Assembly (NCBI GenBank): GCA_013265495.1
Contig: MU058010.1
Coordinates: 99,145-163,144, forward strand
Length of the DNA stretch: 64,000 nucleotides
Source: Vicugna vicugna
Lineage: Eukaryota
Reading direction: 5' to 3'
Under the pieces are notes generated by a model, which was not told the origin of the DNA, did no database searches, and saw nothing but the letters and a program-made list of their open reading frames with translations. The position numbers and the translations under genes are program-made. How positions within the stretch are numbered: the first letter of the stretch is position 1; each line of letters starts with the position of its first letter. Shown piece by piece: positions 52,040 through 64,000 of the stretch.

Positions 52040-52190
52040 AATGTGTATGATACATATCTGTTTTATTTGTTAATTCATTAGATCAGTTTTCTAATCTTTT
52101 CATGAGAGCTGTATTTTATTGGACTCTGAACATTTATCTTTATTCATCTCTGTCCCTCTGTCCCATATACCACATGTGTTGTTGAATGAG
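52040..52190 (+). mobile_element. L2 3' end
   Basis: tttatctttattcatctctgtccctctg..atgtgttgttgaatgag. Confidence 0.45.
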
Positions 52191-55100
52191 TTGGTCTGTT
52201 TCTTCTGTTTTGGTGAATAGCATGTCTAAGGAAGAAATGCTATAAGTCAGTGCACATGGAGTTAAAGACGGAGACGTCTTTGTGTACTTCGTAGCTTTGT
52301 AGTCAATTCAGATATCTTTGAAACAGAAGGTCCAGAGGGAGGAAGAAGAGCTCATGTTAACCGATAACATCAGATTTGATACTTTCGGGGCTGGTTGGTG
52401 GAGGAGGGCTCATCTTGCTGTCTTTATTCCACGTTGCCACTCTTTGGGTACGTGCTAAGGATAATTTTTCTTTTTTAATCTTTTTTTTCCTCTCTAATCC
52501 TCATGTTAAGGATTTATGCATAGCTGTTTCTTTAGTCAGATAAATGAATGCCTATTGTGTTGGATGTGTAAGTGATATCTTAAGGGTCACCAGGAGTCTG
52601 AATGAAAAGAGAAACCAACAAAGACTCCTTTGTGGTAATTCTTAAAGTGTTTGTTGACTTCTGTAGATTCCTACTAGCAGTTCCTTTATTTCGGATAGTC
52701 GTACTTTTTACAAATCTACTTTTTGGTGTTATAGGCATTTCTTTTATTTCTTTTAAACTAAAAAAGTATATTGAGAGTTGACCAGATTTATGAAAGCAGT
52801 TCTATGATAATGCTTTGTTCTGATCTATTAGTTGTTACCCTTTTCCCTCTCCTTTAGGTAGAAATTGAAAAATTTGGGGAAAGGTAGCTTAAAAGCAATC
52901 CAAATAATAATCTAAGTAGGGGAGTAGGAGGAGGAAGAGAGTGCAGAAGTGTAAGGCAATTGTCAAGTTGATTCATGGGCTGTGTTTGTCAGGGGGTTAG
53001 TGGCAGTGCCTCGTTGTTTCTTCTAGATTCAGATAAATGAGAAAATAAATGATTTAGGGGCATTGGATTTTGCCTGGTGGGAGTTTGTTGTACCAGTCAA
53101 ATGGTTAGAAAGAGAAACTTTAAAAGGACCTGTGTTACAGTAATATTGACGCTTGCTCCTGCACCAATTAGGAAGTGTACAGGTGCCGCCTTTCCAACAG
53201 TGAAGACTTTTTTTCAGTTTTCTTTTCTTTTCTAGAAAAGTCGGCCTTTGTGTTTTGTCAAATGACCATTTTATCTTTTGTGTAATTTGTGAAGAAATGG
53301 TCATTTATTTAGAGAAGTTGAAAAGCAAAGAAATGAACAAAACCCTTTTTATCAATAGCAGTGTTCTTACCTGCTGGATTGTATGACAGTTGTCTGTGGT
53401 TGTAGGTACTTATGCATAAGCTTGTATCCAGCCAGATTATATTTCAAAATAAAGTGGAGTTGTGCAGCTTCTTGCATATTCATTTCTTCTCTATTCTGCT
53501 ACAGTTTATAGTACATGAAGAAAAGTATTACTTAAATTTCTTGTGTGTTTGTTTTTTTTTGTTTGTTCCCTGATACTGGCATTAGGATAAATTGAAATTT
53601 AGTTTCAAATTGCACTCTTTCTATAGACTCCAGTTAGAATATTTGGTCAGATAATAGTGTTTATGAGTTCATTGTCTCTGGGTAAATACCACTTTCTGGC
53701 TGCCATCCTGTTAATGAGCTAGCCATGTGACTTCCTATTAATTTTAATGTGGAATGAGTAAAGAGATTGTGGATAGAGCAGTGAAACCAACTTCAACATT
53801 GGTAAAACCAAAAAAACTAACCTCTTTATAATCACAGTTACATAAAAAAAAGTAAGGATTATTGTAAAGGTTTATGTAAGAACATAGTAAAATGATAGAT
53901 AAAGAAAAAGAAGCTGTTTCATGGCTTTAGCATATTTATGGGCATCTTTAATATAAAGTAGTAATGAAGTTAATTCCATGTTCCTGGTTGTACTTTGGTT
54001 GTACTTATCTTTTATGTGTTTTCTAATCTGACTTAAACTTAATCTAAGAATAAATTTTATTAAATTGCAGAGCTAGGTGAGATTCAGTTAATGTGCACTA
54101 TTTGAGAGTATATAATTTCCTGGAATGAGATGATGAAGTCTTCCATTTTTTTTTATTTGGTAATAAGGGTTTATGGTAGTAAGAACATACCTCAGTAGGG
54201 ATAAACATCAGCAAGACCTTTTGACATTGCGTGATGTGGAAGATGAGTTCCAATGTGGTGAAGGGCAGAATTACGTTTTTATAAGAAATATGGGTAAAAT
54301 TGTGCCTATCGGATGTTGAGCTCTGAGGTCTCAGGAGAAGTAATTAGGAGATCATTGTGGAACTCTTAAAGTGCTTAACCAATTTGTGGCTGTAGTGAAA
54401 AAACATTAGCAAGACAGAGCTGCTACCAAGAACAATTACATTGGCTTTAACCTAGGAAACAAAACACTGGACACTATTGAAATGAGGTGATAGCCGTTGA
54501 CTTAATTGGAATGTTTAGTTTTGATATTGCTGTGCTTCTAACTTTTTACCTTCCAATATTATGCTCATTGATCCATATGAATGTTTTGATCCTTTGTTAT
54601 ACTGTGTTTTTCAGTGTCTATTTTGTAACTCTAGTCATGCCTCTGCCTGTCTGTAGTGTTTTTCCTGTCTGGGTGAATTTCCTCACACCTGACCATCTTC
54701 AACTTGCTGCTTGTATATTCGCTTAATTCTCCAAATAGTCAATCATTTTAAATTTAATCTGACTCTCCATGGTGTTAACTACCCCACTCAACTTGATGTA
54801 AATTTAATGAGCATGCTGTCTTGTAAAATCCGCATCTATGAATGAAAATAGTGAGTCTAATGTTTGTAATTCAGTTGAAAAGATGTCCACTCTGTTTGCC
54901 CTTCTCTGCTTGATTCCTCCTTAGTGCCCTAACTAGTTGCATGTATGAGCACGAGGATTCAGATTACATCTTTTTTCCCCTCTCAGTTTTGCCAAGGAAA
55001 ACATGGAAAATATTTATTTGGTGTCAGTATTTTATCAGTGTAGAATGGAGCCAAGGTGTCTACAAATAGGAGCAAACTTATAATTTCCTGGTTTTTGTGA

Positions 55101-55191
55101 ACTTCTGGCCCTGTCGAACACATGGGAAGAATCCTTTGGATTATCTTAAAAGCTGCTGGCTTGACCAAATGCCATGGACCTGGGTTCCAGG

Positions 55192-55281
55192 TCAGGGTCG
55201 CAGCTGACCCATTTGGTGTCCTTGTGCAAGTTAGAAAAAGGTGTATGAGAGTACACAGCATCGCACAAATTCACACAGCCT
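55192..55281. mobile_element. MER91-like hAT-Tip100 MITE
   Basis: cagggtcgcagctgacccatttggtgtccttgtgcaagttagaaaaaggtg..cacagcatcgcacaaattcacacagcctg. Confidence 0.55.
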
Positions 55282-55624
55282 GGCAGGTGATGTCTCAGTG
55301 GGATCTCAGCCTGGTTCACCCCTCAAGCAGGTGCCACTGTGCAGGTCGCAAACATGCACTGACCTGGTCCAGGTAACTGAGGTTGTGTGTGATTCTGTTA
55401 GTGCTTCCTCAAAAAGTGATGGATTTTACTTTGGCCACTTTACCTGTGCCAGTACCACTGCTTCGACAGCCTACCTCTGGAGCTGGACCTTGTTTCCGTT
55501 ACTGTTCTAGACTGGGGCTGTGAGGATTATCTCTGGCTCCAGCTCTGTTTCCCAGAAAATTACCTGCATTTTGTGTTTGTCCCAGAAGAGGATTAGCAAA
55601 TTCTATTTGAGTGTTTTTGTTACC

Positions 55625-56550
55625 TCTCATTTAACAAATATCTAAAGAGCAACCACTGTGGTTAGTATATGCACTGTGAGAGGGGCAGCAAATATAGAAA
55701 ACATTCTTTTAAAAATAATCTGTGAAGGAAGAAAAAGAAAGACATATATAAAGGAGAGTTAGAGTTGAGGGGAGGCTTTTCTTTTCTTTTAATTTTCATC
55801 CATTAAGGAGTCACAGGTTTATATACCGAGACCCAGCCAACTGAGAAGTATTTCAGTGAAATGGGATTGAAATGGGGTGATTGATGTGTATTGCCCTTTT
55901 AGGAGGTGAGAGGAAGGAGAGTCTAGAGCATAAATGAATGAGATTCTTTGGATAGATGCAGGAGTTGGTACAGAAAGATTAGTGTGCAAATAAATCAGTA
56001 GTAGAGGAAACAGGAAATTGATCGGTTTCCTTTCACACAGGAAATAGAAATTTGCTTACTGAAGATAGTAGGTAGATGTGGTGGATTCAGAAGCTAGAGG
56101 ATGGCAAGTTTGAAATAAGTAGGGAATATGAGGTGAGACCTGTAGAATTTCCTGTAATGTTGTAGGAGGTGAGGGATCATGGTGATAGCATGCACTGGAA
56201 GAAAATGGAGAGGATTAGGACACTGGAAATGGTATTGAGGTTAAAAAAAAAATAAAGGTGGCTTGGGAGAGGTGAAAAGATAGAAGATTGAGGTAAGAGA
56301 GAAGGATCTTGGAAATTATGATGATCCCAGAGTTGGAACAGTTTTTAGATAATGAGAAGATTCAAGCATGGTTGTGAAGACTGTGGCTAAGGAAAGTGGA
56401 AGCGAAGATTGCTGATTGTAGGGTGTCAAGGCATGGGATGGAAGAGGAGTCAGCACCAAGTGTCAGCTACTAAGTATGTGAGGTGGTATCAGCCCCAAAG
56501 GAAGTGGGGTTTTAGCAGATAACGGAGATCAGTAATATGGAAATAAGAAT
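55625..56550 (-). mobile_element. Degenerate L2
   Basis: ctcatttaacaaatatctaaagagcaaccactgtg start, then a long purine-rich reversed L2-like body. Confidence 0.5.
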
Positions 56551-56559
56551 GGAGAGACA

Positions 56560-56730
56560 AGGTAGACCAGAGTTCAAATCTAAGCTACAGGTTGTGGTCA
56601 TCTTACAGAACTTTCCTAAGTCAAAGTTCTCTCATCAGTAGACGGAGGCTAGTACATATCTCAAAGGGTTGTCAGTGAGAGTTAAATAAACAGTACTTGT
56701 AAATGTTTTAGCACGGTGCCTGGCTCAAAC
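56560..56730 (+). mobile_element. MIR
   Basis: agaccagagttcaaatc..catatctcaaagggttgtcagtgagagttaaataa..tagcacggtgcctggctca. Confidence 0.7.
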
Positions 56731-57179
56731 TTAACCATTGTTTAAAGTTACAGAAAACCTAGGTCCTCATGAGAAACAATAGAAAGGGTTGCTGGGAAGA
56801 TGAGTGAGAAGCACGATTCACAGAGCAGATTTGGAATGAAAATGAGAAGAAATGTGCGCAACTTGAACTAGTTCATTGTGTTCTGGAAAATTCTGAAGGA
56901 TGCCTGACCTTGAGCTTTGGAATGGACTTCTGTTACCTGTGTCTTAACCTTCCTCTCAGTAGCCTCAGATTTGTCTAGATAGTGATTTCTTTACTTCCCT
57001 CCCCTCCATCAAGTCCGTGTAGATTTACTGTGGCCAAATACACTACAAACTTAACTCCTTTTATTTAGTGGACTTTTACAAATTTACCATATTTTTAAGA
57101 ATGGGAGGTGTTCCATTTTTCTCCTTCCTTTCCATTTTTTTATAGCAGATTTTTTATGACTATTTCAGTGTAGTTTTTC

Positions 57180-57530
57180 AAGACCTTTATTTTGAAATAA
57201 ACTTAGACTTACAGAAGAGTTACAAAAATAGTACAGAGAATTCTTGTATACTTTCATCCAGCTTCTTCTGTTGCCAACATCTTAATGCCAACAACTTCAG
57301 TGCAATTATTTAAACTAAGAAATTAACGTTGGAATAGTACTTACTAAACCACAGTCTTTATTCAGATTTGCCAGTTTTTCCACAAATGTGCCTTTGCTGT
57401 TCTAGGATCCAGCCCAGGATCACACCTTGCGTTTGGTTTGCCATGTCTCCATCTCCTCTGATCAGTGACACTTCCTCATCTCTCATTTCCAACAATCCTG
57501 CTTATTTTGTAGCGTGCCCCTCAGTTATTT
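57180..57530 (-). mobile_element. L1MC4-like 3' end
   Basis: tttattttgaaataaacttagacttacagaagagttacaaaaatagtacagagaattc..ctaggatccagcccaggatcacaccttgc. Confidence 0.85.
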
Positions 57531-58251
57531 TCTCCAGTATTTCTTCTGTAAATTTCTGAAATGTATCCCTGGTGCCAGTCAGACTCACATAGCGAAACAG
57601 CACAGTGATTCAATTTAGGTATAGTTATTAATTAGAAAGTAATTAACTAAAGGAAAATTACTTTTTGATGCTGCAACTCCCAATTTCCCCAGGCCAAATG
57701 ATGTTAAACATGTATATGAAGGTAGTGCTATAAGTGAGTTAATTTATAATCTATGTTGCTTAGGCATTAATAGAACTTTAACAACAAAAACAATAATTAC
57801 TCTTCAGACAGAAACTAAAATTTTGATTTGATGATTGCTCAGATAATATTTTTGAAGGAGATACATTCAGTTAAATAGCCACCTGGTAAGGTCTTTCTAT
57901 TTAAAGAAATAGATATTTATCACATATCCACTGAGATATACCTCCTTCAAATTATTCCTCAGGCCTTATACAGTTATGTGTTCTATGTACTTCCTGTTCA
58001 GTATTACAGATATTTAATGAATGACCTGTATATTAATATATAGATATATTGGAGTAAACTGCATTTCAGGGCTGTGTTAATATCTGTAGCTACAGTATCA
58101 TTTTGTACCTATGCAGTGTAGTAGATGTCCTGACCTATGTTTGAATGGAAGAATTGGTTAACACACAGTGGTTAGGATTGCTTCTTTGGGCCATGAATGT
58201 GGGTTTCTGAAAAAGCCTTATTATAATATAAAGTAAGTTATTTTCAAATGG

Positions 58252-58608
58252 TGTAGTGGACACTGTTGGTCCCCCTCCAAGACCCCCTTCCCCAGGCTGG
58301 GGCAGGTGCACCCCAAGTGTGAGTTGTGGTTCCCCGTGGCTCACAGCTGCCCTCTTATCAGAGATTTGGCCTCTGGGAACTTGGGTCCTACAGCCAATGG
58401 CTGACTGACTTGGGGGCGTCAAGGGTGTTCTCTCCCTCCAGGTACTACGGACTGCTGTGCATTTCACACTCAAGCAAGAGTCCAGCTGAGGCCACATTTT
58501 CAAATGTCCCTGTCCTGCCTTGCTTCCCTCACTCCCCTTATCCTGAGTGTGTCACCTGCACCTGAATTGTTGTCTCAGGTCTGCCTCTAAGGAACCTGAC
58601 CCAAGACA
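58252..58608 (+). mobile_element. ERVL LTR16-family solo LTR, sense to host gene
   Basis: tgtagtggacactg...gtctcaggtctgcctctaaggaacctgacccaagaca; flanked by ATGG on both sides (58248-58251, 58609-58612). Confidence 0.8.
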
Positions 58609-58839
58609 ATGGAAATGCGACATCATCATTTTGAGCAGATGTAAATTAAGTAATGTGAAAACTGATGACTTGCTCATAAGGGACCCATTATAGTTACTTG
58701 GAAACTGCACTAGACTGGGTATCTGGTCTCCAGCTGTCCAGTTGCTAAGCTGGTTGTGAGCCTGCATTTCTGCTCTGTGATCCATGGAGCTTAGACTACG
58801 TGATATTCAGACCCTCATGCTGAAGTTTTCCCATAAGGC

Positions 58840-59030
58840 AAGGGTTATTAAATGAAATGCTTAACTCCCCCAAGGCCCCCCACCGCCAGGTTCTTGGATG
58901 GCTTTGGAAGATGCTCAGATTGACTTGAATTGGAATTGTAATATCAAATATGGATGTGCATTTTCTAGGAAAACGTTTCCAATACATTTCACTAGAACTC
59001 TGTGACCCTCAGAGGTTCAATGCCAGGGTC
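58840..59030. mobile_element. hAT-Charlie fragment
   Basis: atggatgtgcattttctaggaaaac..tctgtgaccctcagaggtt resembles short Charlie elements. Confidence 0.45.
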
Positions 59031-59686
59031 TCGTAGAGTTTTTTTGTTTTAGCCCCTTTTCCCAGTGATAAAGATTCAAAAATCCTGTACCCTTCATACG
59101 TATATATACATACATATTATTTCTTTCCATCACTCCCTTATGTCTCTTCTTCCTTTTGTAAAGGGTAGAACTGTTCTTACTCCTTTGAGTGCCCTTTCTT
59201 CCTGGATGTAAAGAGAATGACTGTAAAGCTGCATACCTAGTGCCTGCTCTGAAAGGTTTGTGGGATTATGTAGTTGATTCCAAACTTCCCTGTAGCATCA
59301 TTTCTTCTTTGCTTCCTTTTGTTTTTAAGCAGGCACTGTCATCACACTTCTGTTCTGGAGCTGAGTGTTATATTTAGATGAGAGGTGGGATAAGCCAGAG
59401 GAAAGAAGTTGGGGGAACTCTGGGTTTCTTCCTCAATTCCAAATACACAGCTTTTGTGTACAAGCTCATGTTATTTTGAAATGCCTTTCCAGGAAGAAAG
59501 CAGTAGCTTTTTCTTTCTTGCAACTCTCCACCTTGAAATTTTATTTTGATTTCAGCCACAACTAATGGGCTTTCTATTTTCTAGTCTTTTATATCTCTTA
59601 AGTATTTTGATTTTCTGGTTTAAGAGGCTGGGGAGTCATGTTAGGCTATTAGACAGAAAATTCAAAATATAGTGAATAATTTAAAA

Positions 59687-60436
59687 CAGACGTTCTCAGT
59701 GCTCTTAGGTACCTACCCCAACAACTTTTATAACAATTGTTCCCTAACTTCCTCATTACTTTTTCTTAAATTCTTTATTGATTATATAAGTTGTATACAC
59801 TCATAATTTTAAAAATCAATATAATTCCTTACTCTAGTGTATATAATAGAGCAGTATGTATTTCAATATAAACAATTGGCCATGACTACTCAAGAAGGTA
59901 CAATAAAGTCACATTCTGGAACCTTTGCCTTATAACACAGTGAACAACAGCTACAGTATCGGTTGATATAGGTGTACTGTTCCTGGTGATTTAAATAACA
60001 TAAGCAGTATTATCCTGGGATACCTAAATTTCAGAAATAGAGCATACATGATGGTAAAGCTTAAAAAAAACGTAACTAGAATTTAAAGAGTAGTTGGATA
60101 CTTGGAAAATTCAATGTACATTAAAACTATGTAAGACAGAGTATTTAATGTGTAATAATTTACACATTAATTCCACTGTACACCTGATTTCATTGAGTTA
60201 GAGTCTAGGTTTAGATAATTATGATTTTCCCTCTCTCTCTCTTTCTGAGCATCTCTCTGTGGGATGCAGGACAATTTCTTATTGTGCAGGACTATCCCAT
60301 GTGTTGCAGAATGTCTAGCACACCTTTCCCCTGTAAATGCTGGTAGCAGCACCTCAGTCACCATGACAACCAAAACACCCTGAGACATTTTGAAAATGCT
60401 TCTTAAATGGTGTTAAGGCCTGTTGAGACTCACTGG
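59687..60436. mobile_element. MER20/MER20B-like hAT-Charlie element
   Basis: 3' part ggacaatttcttattgtgcaggactatcccatgtgttgcagaatgtctagca..gacaaccaaaa..gttgagactcactg matches recalled MER20; left extent less certain. Confidence 0.7.
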
Positions 60437-60986
60437 TTTAGAGAAAAAAAAAAAGGAACAAAATAAAAAATTATTCTTATAATACAAAATTTCTAAACAG
60501 AACAGCCAAGAGTGACATTAGTAATTACTACCTTTTATTGGAGTGTCAAATGGGACAACTTCTAAGGTCTTTAATATTTATTCAAGGTGAAATGAAGGGA
60601 ATTGTGACTTTTAAGTGCTGCAGGGGTTAGGTAGCCAAAAACTGAGTCAGCTAGAGGCATAAACTACAGTGTCTGAACTGTAACATAGAGAACTTAGAAG
60701 AAATTAAACTTTCTGGGCTTCCTGTGTGATCCAAAGTCCTGATTTTTATGGGCCTGTTTCTGAATGGAGATGGGGTTTATATACATTCAGGTGTCTCACG
60801 TTGCATCTCACAGATGACCCAGGGCTAAGGTCAGGAGGAAGTCTATTTGTGCTGCTTCTCTCTTTCAGCTGTTTCTGTCTTAACCTCGGCCTCCCTTCCT
60901 TTGTCGGAGTAGCCTCTTACTTCTCTTACTTAAACAACTTAGTCGATGGTTCTGGTCACAATTCATATCTTTATGTGGATATTCTT

Positions 60987-61176
60987 TTTTGTTTTTAAAT
61001 TTATTAAAGTAGAGTCAAATTACAATGTGTCAATTTCTGGTGTACAGCATAGTGTTTCAGTCACACATATACATACATAATATTCCTTTTCATTTACTTT
61101 TTCATTGTAGGTTACTACAAGATATTGAATGTAGTTCCCTTGCTATACAGAAGAAATTTGTTTTTTTAAATCTATA
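60987..61176 (-). mobile_element. Short L1 3' end (duplicated copy, no right TSD)
   Basis: Identical to 61801-61990; left TSD present at 60972-60986. Confidence 0.85.
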
Positions 61177-61800
61177 AGACAACCAAAACACCCTGAGACA
61201 TTTTGAAAATGCTTCTTAAATGGTGTTAAGGCCTGTTGAGACTCACTGGTTTAGAGAAAAAAAAAAAAGGAACAAAATAAAACATTATTCTTATAATATA
61301 AAATTTCTAAACAGAACAGCCAAGAGTGACATTAGTAATTACTACCTTTTATTGGAGTGTCAAATGGGACAACTTCTAAGGTCTTTAATATTTATTCAAG
61401 GTGAAATGAAGGGAATTGTGACTTTTAAGTGCTGCAGGGGTTAGGTAGCCAAAAACTGAGTCAGCTAGAGGCATAAACTACAGTGTCTGAACTGTAACAT
61501 AGAGAACTTAGAAGAAATTAAACTTTCTGGGCTTCCTGTGTGATCCAAAGTCCTGATTTTTATGGGCCTGTTTCTGAATGGAGATGGGGTTTATATACAT
61601 TCAGGTGTCTCACGTTGCATCTCACAGATGACCCAGGGCTAAGGTCAGGAGGAAGTCTATTTGTGCTGCTTCTCTCTTTCAGCTGTTTCTGTCTTAACCT
61701 CGGCCTCCCTTCCTTTGTCGGAGTAGCCTCTTACTTCTCTTACTTAAACAACTTAGTCGATGGTTCTGGTCACAATTCATATCTTTATGTGGATATTCTT

Positions 61801-61988
61801 TTTTGTTTTTAAATTTATTAAAGTAGAGTCAAATTACAATGTGTCAATTTCTGGTGTACAGCATAGTGTTTCAGTCACACATATACATACATAATATTCC
61901 TTTTCATTTACTTTTTCATTGTAGGTTACTACAAGATATTGAATGTAGTTCCCTTGCTATACAGAAGAAATTTGTTTTTTTAAATCTA
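61801..61988 (-). mobile_element. Short young L1 3' end insertion
   Basis: Perfect 15-bp TSD tatgtggatattctt (61786-61800, 61989-62003); T-rich tail on the left; L1 3'UTR text. Confidence 0.9.
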
Positions 61989-62375
61989 TATGTGGATATT
62001 CTTGGCTTGTATTCCCTAGTCAGAATTAGGCCTGTAGTAAGATCTGGGGTACATAAGCCCTTATTTTGATTGGTGCTGTTGATAAATGTTAGATTTTTTT
62101 GGGTGGTAATTTTTTGTATGAATGAAACTTTTATGTGATTTAGAACATTCAGTGAATTAACTGATTAATGAATATTTTGGATAAGGGTGAAGAAGAGACA
62201 GTTAAAACTGTAGAATGCTTTACCTTTTGCTGGGATCAGTACTAGGTGGTTGATACGTGTTTCTAGCTGTCAGAATCTGGAAAGTGGTTGTCTTATTTTC
62301 CTTTTAATTTTTATGATGTACGGAGCCGCTCTTTCAAAATGGTGCAAGGTAGCTTCAGGTGCAGCTGTTGTAAAA

Positions 62376-62433
62376 AATATATATATATATTTATATGATG
62401 TATATGTATATGCATGTATATATTTTGTATGTG
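62376..62433. repeat. (TA)n / TATG low-complexity repeat
   Basis: atatatatatatatttatatgatgtatatgtatatgcatgtatat. Confidence 0.85.
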
Positions 62434-62758
62434 TCTAAATTGTGAATACTAATAAGCTTACGAAGGCAGAAATCTTCAACTGTCTAATTATCTGTGGTGA
62501 TGTGAATGTAATTTTACTAGTCTGCTGTGAAGTTAAAAAGTTTTTCGGATAAGTGTTTTACCTGTTGAAATGATCTAATATTCTCTCTTTGTATCTCCAG
62601 CTCCTTTCTCTCTCTCCTCCAGGCAGAACTACACGGAAATCATTCCAAAACAATTAATGCTGCTTTAGTCACCAATTATTGATTTTCTGTTCACAGTGTA
62701 TGGAGAATTGCTGCTCTACTTAGATTCTAAAATGAGGCTTTTTAATTGTGTTTTCCAG

Positions 62759-62863
62759 GAAGATATGAATTTAAATGAAGATAAGAAGGCACCATTGCGG
62801 GAAAAGGACTTCAGTATCAAAAAAGAAATGGTGATGCAGTACATTAATACTGCTTCCAAGACA
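62759..62863 (+). CDS. DIAPH3: DIAPH3 coding exon (exon 4 equivalent), 35 aa of the GTPase-binding domain
   Basis: gtgttttccag|GAAGAT...AAGACA|gtaagt. Encodes EDMNLNEDKKAPLREKDFSIKKEMVMQYINTASKT, identical to recalled human DIAPH3. Confidence 0.97.
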
Positions 62864-64000
62864 GTAAGTAAAACTGTCAGGTTGAAAATACTGCTGAAAC
62901 GTGTTGTAGTATGGCAAACAATACATTTGTCTAAGGAAGTACTTAACGTTTGTGGGCACCATAATCAGAGGGCTTTTGAATGTATAATTAAAGGCGCAAG
63001 TATTTTAATAAGTTTGTTTAATTTAAAAGTATTTCTTACCTTATCACTTTTACAATGCTTTTGTTTTTAGCCACTCACACTGTTAAGAACCACTGATTGC
63101 CTGGTCTTTTCACTCTAAAACATCATAACTTGTTAGGGAATTACGGTGGTTATTGATTTCCAATGTCACTTGTAAGTTGGGATAATATTTACATTGTACA
63201 AAAGTGAGACTGATTTTACTCTGGACATAGAATAGTGGCTTACAGGCATATCTTTAATGTGAGTTTCCCTGTGGATTAAATTATCTTGTAACAAATTATA
63301 AATGTAGACACTGAAAGGTGCATTAAGCCTCCACATGGCTGCCAGTTTTCTAGGGAAACATGAAATGTGTGGGTGGAAGTAATGACTAAATGTCTGAGAG
63401 ACCATGACTGGCTCACAGAATCAATTACATTTATTTCATGGAACAACAAATGAGCTTGACCTGTCACAAAAAAGTTGTGAATAAATGGACTGGATGAAAA
63501 ATATAAAACGGAAGCTAACAAAGAAGCAAGGATCGGTAGAAAGACAATAGAAAATGCTTTCGGCTGAACTTAAAATAAAATTGGATTAGAGAAAAATAAC
63601 ACACTACAGTTTTCACTGGATACTTTAACCTAAGGTCAGGTTACAAAAATATAAGTTATTTATACTTTAACTCCATTTATCTACCAGACCAGTCAGTGAC
63701 TCTGAGGTATTTCTTTTGGGAGAAAGACTCTAGTGATGTTTAATTTTTAAACGTGTCTGTGTTTTGGCAGCCTGATGCTCACATGTAGAATTCATGGAAT
63801 ACTGTGCTTTTCCAAGCTCTTTCTATACATGGACTCTTTATCCTGCTGTTGAGATATGACTTGCTTTTGTCTCCTGAAGATACTCTGCCATCACAAGTCA
63901 GCGGCAGGGATTCAGGTGTCAGAGCGGACTTATTTATCCTTGGTTTGTCTTGGACATCTTATTTTACCTCTCTGATCCTCAGTCTCCTAGTCCATAAGAT

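Larger units (their letters stand above)
60365..61990. repeat. Near-perfect tandem duplication (copy 1 60365-61176, copy 2 61178-61990)
   Basis: Identical ORFs at 60726 and 61540 (offset 814). By eye the copies differ only at A11 vs A12, 60469 A/C and 60485 C/T. Confidence 0.97.
40420..62758 (+). other. DIAPH3: DIAPH3 intron (22,339 bp, GT-AG)
   Basis: Lies between the exon-3 donor and the exon-4 acceptor; ...FEKMM|EDMNL... joins in frame. Confidence 0.9.

Noticed and set aside
60726..61812. Two identical 90-aa ORFs (60726..60998, 61540..61812) as a duplicated gene
   Set aside because: They start at GTG, show no recognisable homology and run into an L1 tail; their identity is just a result of the tandem duplication.
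1..64000. A novel multi-gene system, CRISPR array, operon or RNA gene
   Set aside because: The window is mammalian intronic DNA explained by one host gene plus repeats. I saw no regularly spaced repeats, long ORFs, or recognisable rRNA/tRNA/snoRNA/miRNA. Small ncRNAs cannot be excluded by eye.

Overview
Mammalian genomic DNA, very probably from a camelid (alpaca, llama or camel), because it carries a vic-1-type tRNA-derived SINE and I saw no ruminant or pig SINEs. The whole window lies inside the 5' part of the formin gene DIAPH3 (mDia2) on the + strand. Three coding exons are recognisable, each with canonical AG/GT sites: a 33-nt microexon (22547-22579, HLNIRTLTDDM), a 168-nt exon (40252-40419) and a 105-nt exon (62759-62863). 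These correspond to human exons 2-4; exon 1 lies upstream of the window. The rest is intron, densely filled with L1, L2, MIR, ERV/MaLR solo LTRs and Tigger/hAT DNA transposon fossils. Almost all entries in the ORF track are chance ORFs or decayed L1 pieces. I found no evidence of a new biological system. The most notable observations are: a QKI/RBFOX motif cluster just downstream of the microexon; an apparent 3-codon deletion in exon 3 relative to human; a near-perfect 813/814-bp tandem duplication whose breakpoint sits at an L1 junction (real CNV or assembly artefact); and several LTRs with possible regulatory effects. Gene and repeat-family assignments come from recalled sequences, not database searches. 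Repeat boundaries are approximate unless TSDs are given.
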